Shown: positions 14,161 through 29,280, counted from the first letter of the stretch. The stretch: DNA of 64,000 nt from Octopus vulgaris (GCA_951406725.2 OX597824.1:76942001-77006000), one strand, 5' to 3'. Translations and numbers: made by a program. Notes: generated from the letters alone by a model not told the origin.

Positions 14161-15320
14161 TATATATATGTTATATAAATGTATACATATATGTATATAT
14201 ATATGTATATATGTGTATATATATGTATATATATATATATATATATGCATACATAAATGTATATATATATGCATATATATATGTGTGTATAATATATATG
14301 TGTGTATGTTTGTGAGTGTGTGCATATATATATGTATGTATACATATAAGCACTTGTAGCTGATTTTACGTACACACCACTAACAGGATTCAACAAAGTT
14401 GAAATACACCTGGTGTTTTTTCCACCTGCTCCTGGAGCGAATTTTTCATCTCTTGCCAATATGTATATATTGTATTTTGAAATACAACATTTTCAGAAAT
14501 GATGTTATCTCTGGGCAAATGCCACAACAAATCTGTCTTTGGTGTTGTATTTACATTAAGTATGTTACATAGATAGCTATTTTAATTTAATACTGCTACC
14601 ATTGTATATATATATATATATATACGTATATATATATATATATATATACATACATACATACATACATACATAAATACTTACATATATGTATATACATCTA
14701 TATACACATATATAAACATAACTATTCATATATACACATTATAAACAAATAAACATATATATGTAAATATATGTACATACATAAATAATTCTGTATACAC
14801 ATACATATATATACACCCATACATAATCTAAAATAGGTTAAATATGCTCACTTTACAGAAAATATATATTTGTGTATGTGCCTGTGTGTATGTACATATT
14901 TGACACACAGACATGTACACACTCTTACACACATACATGTAGAACCTTTTTACACACTTAGAAACGTCAATTTATATATGTGTGTGTGTGTGTGTTTGTG
15001 TGTGTGTGTTTGTGTGTGAATTTTTGAAGTTCTTTGGAAAACCAATTTGTTACAGTTTTTGATTGAATTAACAATGAACACAAGAAAGAGAAAGTTGCAT
15101 GAAAAATGTTGCTACAAAAAACCCTTCAGAATTTATAAACGATTTTAATCAGACCAGGTCTGGCATTTTACAATCAGTTTCAGCTCCACTGGTACCCTTG
15201 TGAACAGGATTCGAAAATACATTTGCAATCTTTTTCTGCACCAGCCTGCCCAAAACAACCCGTATTGAACTGTTCATTTCCAAATTAATAATAATAATAA
15301 TGATCACAATAATAATAATG

Positions 15321-15369
<49 letters not shown>

Positions 15370-15389
15370 TGATGATGATGATGATAATA

Positions 15390-15609
15390 CCAATCCTTTC
15401 TACTGGAGGCACAATGCCTCAAATTTGTGGGGAGGGGACTAGTCGTTTACATTGACCCCCAGTGTTTCACTGGTACTTAATTTATCGACCCCGAAAGGTT
15501 GAAAGGCAAAGTTGACCTCAGTGGAATTTGAACTCAGAATGTAGTGATGTGCAAAATACCACTAAGCATTTTGTCCGGCATGCCAATGATTCTGTCAGCT
15601 CATTGTCTC

Positions 15610-15651
<42 letters not shown>

Positions 15652-15669
15652 TACTACTACTACTACTAC

Positions 15670-15730
<61 letters not shown>

Positions 15731-15731
15731 G

Positions 15732-15776
<45 letters not shown>

Positions 15777-15980
15777 GTTTCAAATTTTTGCACAGGGCCT
15801 GCAACTTTAAGGTGTAGGGTGAGCCATTTACATTGGACCCCAGTACATATTTTACCAACCCCAAAAGGATGAAAGGCAAAGTCTACCTCGGCATCATTTA
15901 AAATCAGAGCGTAAAACCAGAAGAAAATGCTGTTAAGCACTTTGTCTGGTGTAGTAACATTTCTGCCACCTCACTGCCTT
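15390..15980. mobile_element. Two SINE family B variants (alternative tail) separated by (AAT)n
   Basis: Same head and body as family B with a different tail (aggcacaaggcctgaaatt on the plus strand). Further copies lie near 12105, 20690, 22495, 27145, 47180, 57058, 62050 and 62265. Confidence 0.7.
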
Positions 15981-16000
15981 TATGATGATAATGAAAATAC

Positions 16001-16034
<34 letters not shown>

Positions 16035-17440
16035 GGATTAAAATGTTATGACATCAATAAATAACTCAAGATTTTTTTTTTAGTAAACATTTGTATTTTG
16101 ATAATTAGCTTACCAAACACCAGTTTGATATCACAAATAATAAATATAAAAATAATAATAATAATAATAATAAATAATAATAAGTTAAAATAGTTTACAG
16201 AGAATTTTCACTAAGCCAACGGTATTGTTTAAGAGTTGATATTTAAATTAATAAGTATACTGAAATTTTAATTAGACTACGTTGCTTACTACAGTAATGT
16301 TGTAATAATAAAAATGTATTTTTTTAGTCATAAACATCCATTGTAAAACAGTTTTTTGTTAAATCATATACCAAACACTAATTTTAGATACCAATATATG
16401 AGTATGTCTACTGTAAGTATATAACAAAATGTTTAGTCAAAACTTGGATCATTCTTTTTCCTTCATGTTCCACTTTTAGCTTAATTGTGTTTCAACAACA
16501 ATTTGATTTTATGTATATATACATACATACACACATACATACATACATACATATATATATATACACACAAACACATACATACAAATATATATACACACAT
16601 ATATATACAAATATATACACACACATATATATAAATATGTATATGCATATAGCACACATGTATGTATATATATATAATATATATATATATATGTGTGTGT
16701 GTATGTATGCATATATATATATATACATATGTATATATGTATGTGTATATGTATATCGATGTGTGTATGTATATATATATATATATGTATGTATATATAT
16801 ATGCATATATATATACATATGTATATATGTATGTGTATATGTATGTATATATATATATAGATACACACACATGAACATATATATATAATAACTATAAGCC
16901 ATTTGTATACAGTGCTGGGGTGCATATGTATATAATATATATATATGTAATAAACATATATGTATATGATATATATGTGTATATATATACATATATATAT
17001 ATATAATAAACATATATGTATATGATATATATGTATATATATATATACATATATATATATGTATATACACTTAATGTTATAAATATAATAGAAGTTTTAT
17101 CTTCTCTTCACAAAACTTCCGTCATAGCTCTTATATTACAGCTTTTGTTAAATAGTGTACCAAACACTTTTTAATTACCAATAAATAAATATATATTAAA
17201 AATTTGTTAGTTGTTTTACTAAACCCTTCCAAAATTCTTGATTATTTTTGCAAATTTAACTGAAACACATGAGCAAAAGATTCCTGTAAGAAATACAGCC
17301 ATAAAATGGTTAAACAATTGCAATAACTGATACCATACTATTCAAAATCTTAGATCTTCAAACAGTCAAGCAGGAGGTTTAATTTACAATAGTTCTGTTA
17401 GTGTTAACATATGTACTGTATTTAGCAAGCAAGGGACACA

Positions 17441-17485
17441 ATTCTGGACATGTTTTGGTCTTATTTCACCTCATCAACAAAGAAT
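17441..17485 (-). ncRNA. Degenerate hammerhead ribozyme relic
   Basis: Minus strand reads AUUCUUUG UUGAUGA GGU-GAAAUAAG-ACC AAAA CAUG UC CAGAAU. Two core changes (C3 to U, G12 to A at a CpG); palindromic stem III ACAUGU is retained. Confidence 0.5.
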
Positions 17486-18070
17486 AGCCTTCACTGTACT
17501 TGCTGAAGTAGTGTGGGAGAAACAATCATTCATTAAATATACAAATATGTACATTGGATAGCGTAGAAAAATAGAACTGTTTAGAGATTAAATAACCAAG
17601 AGACACCATCTAGAAAACGAAACAATTGTTAAGTTAGTGTTTACATATTTGATGTATGCAGCATTTAAAAAAAAAAATCTAACAAGTTAATAATTGTGTA
17701 GCAAAGAGTGAAACATTATTAGTTACCAACTAATAGTGTTTCAATTTTTTTCAGCAAGTATGGGAGATAACTCTGTTCATGTTTCAGTGTTACTATGATA
17801 TCATTAGTGAAGCAAGAACTCCACTGAACTTGCTGAATTCTAAGGGGATTTCTTTTGTGTTGGACGAATTGGATAGATAGATGAAGAAACAAAAGCATGA
17901 GGAAACTGCAGGAGTAGAGTGGATATAGATATGTATGTGTGTGTGTGTATGTGTGTTTCATTTACATATACATTAGTTAATATATAAATGCATATATGTA
18001 TATGCATAAATATTTATTATCTATACATCTACTTGTATGTATATATGTATATGTGTGCAAACACACACAC

Positions 18071-18238
<168 letters not shown>

Positions 18239-18264
18239 TATATATATACATATATATATACACA

Positions 18265-18309
<45 letters not shown>

Positions 18310-19131
18310 ATTTATATATATATATACATACATAATATATATATATATATATAAATTTTTTTATATATATATATATATATATATTGTATGTATGTATATA
18401 TGTGTGTGTCTGTATAAATATACACATACATACGCATACACACATACATTTATGCTTATATGTGTGCTTATGTGTGTGTGTATTTACGTGTGTTAATGTG
18501 TGTTTGAATTTAGTCGTGTTAAGTAAAATTGCAAGTTTGAATAACACTTGGATCACAATTTCTGTTTTTCCCTCTTTCCTTTAATTCTCTGTTTACATGT
18601 AAAGTATTCAAACACATACCCGCACACTTCTAAATGTAACACCCACATAACACCCTTTCAATATACATGCTGATGTGTTCATATTTTCATACACTCTGAT
18701 ACTTATGTACATATATAAATATACATACACACACACACACACATATATATATATACATATATATATATACATATATATATATATACATATATATATATAT
18801 TTTTTTGTGTGTGTGAGTGTGTATATGAATGTATATATATATATATATTCATGTCTGTGTGTGTATATAAATAAATGCATAGTACACAATACTTATCTCA
18901 GCATTTTTTTGTGAATTATTAATAGACAGTTTTATAATTCTTGATCAGAAAATTCTAGTTTATACGTACACATATCTGAGTGTATATGTGTGTGTGTCTG
19001 TATATATATATATATATATGTATCTATACACACACACACACACACATGGGTATGTGTATTTGTGTGTGTGCTCGTCTATGCATATAAATATTTGAATATA
19101 CATGTATTAATTTTATATACATACATACATT

Positions 19132-19179
<48 letters not shown>

Positions 19180-19249
19180 TATGTATTTTCATCATCATCG
19201 TTTAACATCCACCTGCCATGCTAGCATGGGTGTGTATATACACTTGTAT

Positions 19250-19284
<35 letters not shown>

Positions 19285-20080
19285 AATATATATACACACA
19301 CACAGAGTTGTTGTCGATTAACAAGGAAATCGAAAGCTTCATGTGGATAAGATTTTCACAAATATTCAAGTGACTGATTGGGAATATTGGTACCTATTTC
19401 CATTTTTTGATGAGACTACCAAAATGGAAACAATTACCAAAGTTTTCAAGAGGATCACTTGAATGATCATGGAGCCTTTTGTTTTTTTGATATCTGCATG
19501 AAACCATTAGTTGCTTTGTTACTCCACAATTAAAGAATATTTATCTACCAATGCAGTTTTGAGCACTCATTCTCAGTATTTGACACTAGTACATAATTTA
19601 TATGCCTGTATACATGCATATAAATTTATGAAAAAATAAAAAAATATATATGCATATATCATATATACACACATGCACATGGTATATACTTTTGTACATA
19701 TATACCTGAGTATATGTATGGAGTGTGTCTGTTTATTTGCATGATATGTATGCGCATGTGTGTACCTACATGTATATATTTGCACATGTATACTATATAT
19801 GTATATGCATACATAAGCATGTGTGTGTTTATATAATAACAATTATTTTGAACATAGTTAAAATACTTGAAATTTGGGGTAGAAGGTAGCCGGGTGAATT
19901 TAGACTAGTATATGACTGCTATGCTGGCTTTGGTCTATTTAAGCCAGAGAGGAATTTGAAAAGCATAAATGATCTTAGTATGGTCTAAATTTCGGATGTA
20001 CAGAACCACAGCAAATACCACGAAAGTGCACTAATGATTCTGATAATTTATCATAGTACTAACAATAACAACAACATAAC

Positions 20081-20142
<62 letters not shown>

Positions 20143-20619
20143 TGATGATGATGATGATGATGGGCTACAGCAAATATTCTGCTCAATACCACAGATTTGC
20201 TTGTCAGTTGTTTGACCGTAACCAGTTGAACATGTCCCTTAGTGGTTGACGATATGTGCATCTCTGACCATGAGCAAAAGTAGTGGGGAAGCATCATAGC
20301 CATGTGTTGAAAGGAATTCTTAGAGGTTTGGATAATTCAGCTCTGGAAACATGGGTAGTTCATTCAACATCCTTAAACAATCCTTATTCAGGGACCTTTT
20401 GAATGGGATGGGCTACTCAACCAGAAGAAAATTCTAACTGGGCCTCACCTGCAAGGTCATGTGCTGTTTATCTTGATATGAGATCACCATGTCGTACACA
20501 TATGGCTGTGATGCATGTGCCTGGTGTACCCTTATCAGATGGGTAGTCATGATGGGTATACCGGACTTTGTATATTTTACCCCAGTGTCACTTTGATGGC
20601 ATGCACTGCTCTCTCACTC

Positions 20620-20653
<34 letters not shown>

Positions 20654-21363
20654 GCAATGGTAATAATAATAACAATTGTGATTTCAAATTTTGGCACAAG
20701 GCCAGTAATTTTGGGGAAGAAGATAAGTCAATTACTTTGTCTCCTGTGTTCGAATGATACTTTTTTTTATTGATCCCAGAAGAATGAAATGCAAAAATGA
20801 CATTGGTGGAATTTGAACTTGGTATGTAAAAATGGATGAAATACAGCAAAGCAATTTGCCCAGTATGCTAATGATTCTTGCCAGCTCGCTTGCCTTAAAG
20901 GGAAGGTCTATCTCAGTGGAATTTGAACTCAGAACATAAACGGAGAAAAAATGCTATTATGAATTTCGCCTCAGAACAAACGATTCTACCAGTTTGCCAC
21001 CAAATTATAATAATGATAATAATAATAATAATGATGACGATAATATGGCAGAATTTGAACTCAGAACATAGTGATGGGTGATATACTGCTAAGCATTTCA
21101 TCCAGTATGCTAACGATTCTGTCAGCTTGCCAACCTAATAGTAATGATAATAATAATAATAATAATAATAATAATTATAATAATAACAACAACAACAAGA
21201 AAAATAACAATAATAAGAATAGTGCATAACTACTGTACTTTTCTTATTTGTTTTTGCTTCTCTATGAATATGGGAAAAATAAGAAATTTTTCATTTTATC
21301 TGTAGCCTTAATGTGGTATGCTGCGTAATTATTTCTATTTTTTTTTTAATTAATGACTGTACA

Positions 21364-21400
<37 letters not shown>

Positions 21401-21855
21401 GTATATATGGTCCTGACTGAAGAGGCACCTGTTTTAGCTTGACATTAAATATAGTAATTTGCAATTTTTATTTAAATATAAATATACACATGTATTTTCA
21501 GGTTTTAGACAAAACTCTCATCTTTAAAATTAAATATCTGATTAATCTTAACGAGTGTTACTTATAGTGTGTTTTCTTTATGAGTGTATGTACACACACA
21601 AGCACGCATATACATACATGCACACATACACACACATGCGCACATACATGCACGCACACATATATATACATATATGCACTTGTGGGTGTATGCATGTGGT
21701 CAATGTAAAAAGTATAAAATTATTTGCATAAAATCTCCTGTATTGAATATAACATATTCTTATAATAGATATACATTTATAAAGAATATATCTGTATAAT
21801 TGTCCATTGATGTGAGCATATATACATACATATATATATACATACATACATATAC

Positions 21856-22017
<162 letters not shown>

Positions 22018-22379
22018 CATACACATACATATGTATACACACACACACACAAACAGATTTGTATATGTTTAAGCACATATATAAACATAAGCACATATAT
22101 ACAAACATACACACAAACATAATTTTGTATAATGCTTCATGTATATATATATATATACATATATATGTATGGATGTATTTGTGTATGTATGTGTATATAT
22201 ATATATATATATATACGCATGCACCCACACACAAATACAAGCTCATATTCATACACACATATATTCACATATTTGTGTTTAAAATTATATATCAACAAAG
22301 AACAACAACAAATAAAAACAAAATAAATAAATGATAAACAATCATCATCATAGTAACCATAACAATTGTGAATTCTTGC

Positions 22380-22431
<52 letters not shown>

Positions 22432-23199
22432 TTAATAATAATGATAATAATAACAACAACAATAATAATGATAATAAACATTCATGATATTTTTAACGTA
22501 GGCCCAAGGCCACAAATTTGAGGGTGATGGGGGTTAGTCGATTAAATCGAACCCCAGTACTCGACTGGTACTTTATTTTATCGCCAACTCACAAGGACGA
22601 AAGGTAAAGTGGGCCTCTACAGGATTTGAACACAGAACACGAAAGAGCTATAACTAAATGCCACGCAGCATTTTGTTCGACACTCTAACAATTCTGCCAA
22701 GAAGAAGAAGAAGAAGAAGAAGAAGAAGAAACAATTTTTAGAGATATAAATAAATAAAGGAGACATGTAAAAAAATAAAAATAAAAACAGCCATATACAT
22801 ATATTATCATTCTTGAACATGCATAATTTTGCATGCATTTAACTTCTTAGACAAGTCTTTTTTTTTATTATTATTATTATTGTACAATAAATAGCTTAAA
22901 AAAATAACGGAAAAAAAAAACAGAAAAAAACCCCATTCATGAAATTTGTAATAAAGTTTTTATGTGATGTGTGTGAAAGACATCTTTACCACATTCTCTC
23001 TCGCAGTCTCTCTATTTCTCTCTCTCTCTCTCTCTCTCTCTTCCTCCCCCTCCTTTCTCTCTCTCCCTTTCGTTCTTTAATTTCGCGATACCTCTTGTTT
23101 TGAGATTATTTTTTTTTGTTTTGTAATCATCATCGTGATTGTCCATCATCATCATCATCATCATCATTTTTGTCATCATGATCACCATCATCATAATTC

Positions 23200-25038
23200 T
23201 CATATGGTACCGTCTGTCTTTTGGTATCTTAAACATAGAGAAGTAAGTTGTCTAGGTTTGAAATTGTAACGTAATTTTTTACCCGAATGGTGACGCTCTT
23301 GATGTTGGTGGTGCTGGTGTTGATGGCGGTGATGGTGATGGGGATGGGGGTGATGTTGTTGTTGTTGTTGCTGCTGCTGCTGCTGTTGTTGGTGGTGGTG
23401 GTGATGATGCTGGTGATGTTGTTGGTGGGGATGCTGTTGTTGATGTTGCTGATGAGAGCCCTGTGTGTTACTACTGTCACCACCGCCACCACTGTCACCG
23501 CCACCACCACCATCACCACCACCACCACCACCTTCCCTACAATTGTCACTGCTGCAGCCAACTCCACCGTCACCTCCGTCGACATCATCATCATCAACAT
23601 ACATACCAATGCTTCCAGCACTTATGATACTCCCTCCACCGCTGCCCCCACTGTACTCCATATCACCATCCATGATCCCTATACCTATATCCGTGGCATG
23701 TTGTTGCTTGTTCTTGGGTAAAAGCTTCTGTTTCAGACTGGTCCATAAGTTCGACCTGTCTGTGTTGTACTTGCTAAGCAAAACTGTCCGAGTCTTGTGC
23801 TGGTCAAGAACTAGCGCCGTGCCATTGGTGCCATCTCTCTGTTGGGCGCTAGCACCACTATCTTTTTGTGACCGTTGCCCATCATGCGTTGGAAGCCCAT
23901 TCAGTTCTATGGCACGGACAATGGTGCTAGCATTGCTAAATCTTCTATCGAACGAGAGGCTCATACTCCTTGCAAGGCGTCGGACATTTTCCTTACCTAT
24001 AAAACAGAAACAAAAGCTTCTCCAGAACTCGTTCCGGAATCGTTGTCCAAAAAAATAGTATGGAATGATATTAGTTGCAGAGTTTAATATAACTAAGAAA
24101 TTTCCGATTTCATTTAACAAGCGGTACCGCGTTGACGTCACTGTGGTTGGCAGTGACCACATCATTCGAGAAATCAAAGCAGGGGTTTGACAAATGAAAA
24201 ATATTATAATAACTCCTATAAGCATAACTGTTGTGTCATTGCGGCGTTTTTCTTTAGCATTGATTGCCTTGCCCCTTTTCCTTGACTGGTGAACTGCATG
24301 GATTAAGAATGCATTTAAAATGGCCATAGTGAAAAATGGAATTAAACAAACAAAAATAAAATAAAGCCACAAGTGCACAGTTGTTTTGAAGACTTCATTC
24401 TGGCCAAGTTCTGTAAATTTGATGAAAACCCTTGTGATATTATTTGGTAGTTCTACAGTGTTTGTCTCATATTCTAAGAACCGTGGAATATTGAAAATAA
24501 CTCCTCCAAGGTACAGTGCCAGAACCACCCGGCGTGCTCTTGAAATATCACACATGCGCTCTGCTTTGAAAGGATGGCATATCATAATATAACGATCTAC
24601 AGTAAATGCTAATGTCAACCATACTGACGTGATTTGGAAGGTAACCGCCAGTGGATGGACAATAGGAAACATTTCTGAGTAGTAGTTATCTGTCCAATAG
24701 ATTACCCCTCGTTCAGGGTATTTGATATCTTTATGGAACATAAGTACGGATGTGATCAACACCAGCAAATCACAAATGGCAAGGCCAGATAGATATGTAT
24801 ACGTCGAAGACTTCATCGTTTTTCGTGTCAACACAATGAAAGAGAGTATATTCCCGATGATACCAAGGCAGCAGATTGTCATGCCACCAACACCCATAAG
24901 ATAAAAGGTGACCAAGTTATAAGTGTGAGATGAATCCTGTTGCTGGGAGGGGCTTGAACTCAATGTAGTGGTCAAGTTTAAATCATAAGCACTTTCATTT
25001 TTAATAAAATCAAGATTGATTTGGTTCATGTTTGCCAT
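23200..25038 (-). CDS. Class A (rhodopsin-like) GPCR, FMRFamide/sex-peptide-receptor-like neuropeptide receptor group, 612 aa, uninterrupted ORF
   Basis: Seven hydrophobic segments with GN (TM1), LAICD (TM2), TVDRY..ICHP (TM3/ICL2), NIPRF (TM4), IPF (TM5), FFICQTP (TM6), NSATNIIPY (TM7), helix 8 GQRFRNEF followed by CFC. N-glycosylation sequons NES and NLT lie in the N-terminus. NIPRF, CQxP and the absent TM3-ECL2 cysteines fit the FMRFamide-receptor-like group. The ligand cannot be assigned from sequence. Confidence 0.93.
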   Translation of the reverse strand: MANMNQINLDFIKNESAYDLNLTTTLSSSPSQQQDSSHTYNLVTFYLMGVGGMTICCLGIIGNILSFIVLTRKTMKSSTYTYLSGLAICDLLVLITSVLMFHKDIKYPERGVIYWTDNYYSEMFPIVHPLAVTFQITSVWLTLAFTVDRYIMICHPFKAERMCDISRARRVVLALYLGGVIFNIPRFLEYETNTVELPNNITRVFIKFTELGQNEVFKTTVHLWLYFIFVCLIPFFTMAILNAFLIHAVHQSRKRGKAINAKEKRRNDTTVMLIGVIIIFFICQTPALISRMMWSLPTTVTSTRYRLLNEIGNFLVILNSATNIIPYYFFGQRFRNEFWRSFCFCFIGKENVRRLARSMSLSFDRRFSNASTIVRAIELNGLPTHDGQRSQKDSGASAQQRDGTNGTALVLDQHKTRTVLLSKYNTDRSNLWTSLKQKLLPKNKQQHATDIGIGIMDGDMEYSGGSGGGSIISAGSIGMYVDDDDVDGGDGGVGCSSDNCREGGGGGGDGGGGGDSGGGGDSSNTQGSHQQHQQQHPHQQHHQHHHHHHQQQQQQQQQQQQHHPHPHHHHRHQHQHHQHQERHHSGKKLRYNFKPRQLTSLCLRYQKTDGTI

Positions 25039-26375
25039 ATCACTGTTGCTTGGAAAACGGTTTTTTTTTTTTTAAAGACAACTGAAGAATTTATGAATGA
25101 AAGACAAGAGACTCGAACTTTAAACAAAAAAGGGTAGGGTCGGGCACCAGAATGTTCAACAGTTTCCAATGGTTCAATCCCTGACAAAGGAAACTGGATT
25201 GTGATTATTCTTTTTACTTTTTCTTGCGTTTTCCTTTTTCTCTGTTTTTGTTTTGCTTTTGATCTGCTTTGAATAATATCATACAGTTTGATAATTTGTT
25301 CATTTTACAGATTATCTGAATTAATCAGTGAAAGAATATGCATATATGCATGTGTGTTTGTGGGTGGCTGCGTGCAGATATCCTTGTATATTTTCTTTTA
25401 ATATATCACCAAATAAATGTCAACATGTATGTGTGTATATAAATATATATATATATATATTATAATATGTATATAACTGTAGTATAAATATGTGTTTATA
25501 TGTGTTTATAACCACAGTTCGCAATTGGTTTTTAAAGTATTTGAGTGTAGTTACAACAACTGCAACACACTTTCGCTTGATTTCAATTACTTCTTTAAAA
25601 ATTTATGCTTCTTTTTTTACCTCTTTTATTTTTCTACAACTTGTAAATTTTTTTTTCTCCTTTTCAATGTTAAAAATTTCCTTTTATAATTTAATATTTC
25701 TTGTATTTTTTGGGAAATTTCCTATTTCTCTCTCTCTTTTTCGTTTCACTTGTTTATTATTTTTTTGTTGTGTGATTACTATTATTATTAGTAGTATTGT
25801 TATATTTGTTGTTATTCAAAGACACTAGTATTCAAAACTACAAGAATAAATAATGGTTAGATGATGGTGTTAAGGAAATCAAAAAAAAATTGGATGGAAA
25901 GAAAACAAGTGAATATATGAAAATAATAATGTTAAAGAGAGAGAGAAAAAAAGTTGAATAGAGTGAGAGATATAAGGTGTAAAGATAATTGATTGCAATA
26001 AGAACAGGTGAGAGAAAGAAACTGTAGCTTCTAAGAACTGGTCTTCATATAGACCATAAAGTTCCAAGATATTTAAACGTAGGGCTTGGCTCCATTTGTA
26101 GCTGAGCTAATTATGTTCCTGAATAGAGTTGTATTTTCCGAAGGTTTTGATCGGTAGCATATGGTTCTTTGTAAGTGTTGAGAATGTCTCTCATACTTGG
26201 CAGCATGGCATTTAAATAAAAGTAGCACATAGATCATAGATTTGGTTGTATTGATTACAGCTTTGTGCAGCTGATAGCATTAATATCAGAGCTGTCAGTG
26301 GCAGACACAGCAGGAGCCTGGATTGGTTTTATGAAAATCACAAATTCTGAAGTGGCCACCACAACTTGCTGTCGT

Positions 26376-26400
26376 CTGAAAAATATAAAAAAGAGAAAAC
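26376..26400 (-). promoter_or_regulatory. Probable splice acceptor opening the GPCR exon (implies about 1.3 kb of 5' UTR, 26375 to 25039)
   Basis: Minus strand reads GTTTTCTCTTTTTTATATTTTTCAG|ACGAC: a long pyrimidine tract plus CAG, at the boundary between repeat-rich DNA and SINE-free sequence running to the ATG. Confidence 0.6.
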
Positions 26401-26606
26401 AAATTAAATTATAAATGAAATAAATTAAAATATAGAAATAAAGTAGGACGATTATTATTATTATTATGGAATATGGACATTAAATTATTATTATTATTAT
26501 TTCTTTTTATCTCAGGATTCGTTGGAACTCTTGGAGTCTTGCATGCATAGCAGGCTTGCTGCTTGCAGCCTATGGCACTGTGCTATCTGTTCTTTTCAAC
26601 TATCTA

Positions 26607-26835
26607 ATACCTATTTCTTTATTACCCACAAGGGGCTAAACATAGAGGGGACAAACAAGGACAGACATAGGTATTAAGTATATTATATCGACCCCAGTGC
26701 GTAACTGGTACTTAATTTATCGACCCCGAAAGGATGAAAGGCAAAGTCGACCTCGGCGTAATTTGAACTCAGAACGTAATGGCAGACGAAATACCGCTTA
26801 GCATTTCGCCCGACGTGCTAACATTTCTGCCAGCT
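26607..26835 (-). mobile_element. SINE family B
   Basis: Reverse homologue of the 39526 copy. Confidence 0.85.
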
Positions 26836-28058
26836 GATTATTCAGGCCATGCCAAGGAGACAAACCTTTTGTAACAGTTCTACAGGGCACTCTATTCCAT
26901 TTTGCTTTCATGCATTGTCAGAATCTCTTTCTACTGGGTTCACTTCTGATCCAGCATTCAATTACAGTTTGGTTTACCTCCTTACACCACCTACTTCTCT
27001 ATCTCTTGTCTTTGCGTATAAGCAGTTTCTGGATGATGATAGGGCCTGTGCTGCTCAACCACAGGACACCTGCTGGGCGAAAGGCTTTCACCTTTGGTTC
27101 CAACCTCATTAACACCCTTATTTGATACATTTGTATTGGACATTTCAAATTCAGCCAAAGTCAATTTTGCCTTTCATCTTTTTGGGGGATCAATAAAATA
27201 AGTACCAGTTGAACACTGGGGTTGCTGTGATTGACTTAACCCCTTTCCCCCGAAATTGTTGGCCTTGTGCCAAAACTTGAAACCCTTATTATTATTGTTA
27301 CTTTTAAAGCAGTGAGCCAGGCAAAAATACTTAGTGGAATTTTATCCATCTTTACGTTCTGAGTTCAAATTCTGCTGTGGTGGGTCCTTGAAAAGAGTAC
27401 CAGGTGTGCACTGGGGTTGACGAAATTGACTATCCACCCTCCCTTGAGATTTCAGACCTTGAGTCTGCAATCATTATTATTATTATTATCAATATTATTA
27501 ATTCTTTTTCCATTATCTTGTCAGCTTCCATGAGTTTATATATAAACAGCTCACAATTATTTTTCAGTTTGGAATTTCAAAAAAAAAAAAGAAAGAAAAA
27601 AAAAAGTAAAACTCTAACGCGAAAAACAGAAATTAAACTGCTTTAAAATACCTTGCTAGCAAAAATAAAAAAATATAAAACAACAGAGAAATTGCATTCT
27701 TTCTCTCTATTTCATGAAAATGAAATGAACGTAATAATATTAAATTGATTATGACTTAATTCACCATTCCTGTTAAGAAATATATTCACAGGAGAAACAA
27801 TGGAGTTTTCAAAAAAAATGGATGTAATTATTCTCCACACAAAACACTTTCTTTGCCTTTTCTTGTCTCTTTTTCTCTCAGTCTCTTTGTGTGTCTCTCT
27901 CTCTCTTTGTCTCCCGCTCTATCTCTCTCTCTCTCTCTCTTGCTTTCTGTATCTCTTTTCTTTCAATTTCTTTCTGCATATTTGTCACGCCGTTCCTCTC
28001 TCTTCATTCTACATCTCACTCCATCTTCTGTGTGTGTGTGTGTGTGTATAAGTGTATG

Positions 28059-28135
<77 letters not shown>

Positions 28136-28140
28136 TATGA

Positions 28141-28190
<50 letters not shown>

Positions 28191-28211
28191 TTATATATAT
28201 ATTTATATATA

Positions 28212-28260
<49 letters not shown>

Positions 28261-28708
28261 CACATTATATATACATATATATATTACACACACATATACA
28301 TAGAGAGACACATACACAAACACACACACATACACACACACATATATATATATATATACATGTATTCATGTGTGTGTATGTCTGCTTGTGTGTGTATATA
28401 TGTGTGTGTGTGTGTGTGTATGTGTGTCTATATATATTATGCCTTAAAGCTATAATAATGGAATTAACATGCGCAGGTTTTACTTGTCTAGATAAATTTA
28501 TTAAAACACACATGCCCGCACATCACATGCACACACACACACGCCCACAAACACATACAATATGGATTCTTTTTTTTTTCCAGCTTTATAAAACTGACAA
28601 TATAATTTTAGAGTAAAAGCTAGAAAAAAAAAACAAAAAAGGAAAAAATTTCTCTTTTTTTAATAAGAGTTTTAAATAGCAATAACAAAAAAAATAGGAA
28701 AGCAAAGA

Positions 28709-28897
<189 letters not shown>

Positions 28898-29244
28898 AAA
28901 AACTTGTTCCATTGTCAGCCAGATAAACTGTAACTGAAATGGTGCATTAAACTGCATTAAGAAAATATCAAAAAGAAAAAAAAGAAAAAAACAATGATAA
29001 TAATAACAATAACACATGCACCAAAAAAAGTGAAACTTAGCCAAAATTTGTTGTAAGTGGGATTTATTGAAGATAGAAGAAAATGACAGGGAAGAAACAG
29101 GTAGGTGACACCTATCCATCTATCCATATATATATATATATGTAGCTTAGGTTCAGTCCCACTGCAAGTATCTTCTACTATAGCCTAGGACCAACCAAAG
29201 CCTTGTGAGTAGATTTGGTAGACAGAAATTGAAAGAAGCCTGTT

Positions 29245-29280
<36 letters not shown>

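Noticed and set aside
22864-22869. AATAAA on the minus strand downstream of the GPCR stop
   Set aside because: It lies in an (AAT)n/A-rich tract where the hexamer is common, so it is not supportable as the polyadenylation signal.
23229-24904. ORFs overlapping or antisense to the GPCR
   Set aside because: Shadow frames of the GPCR and its repeat-rich tail.
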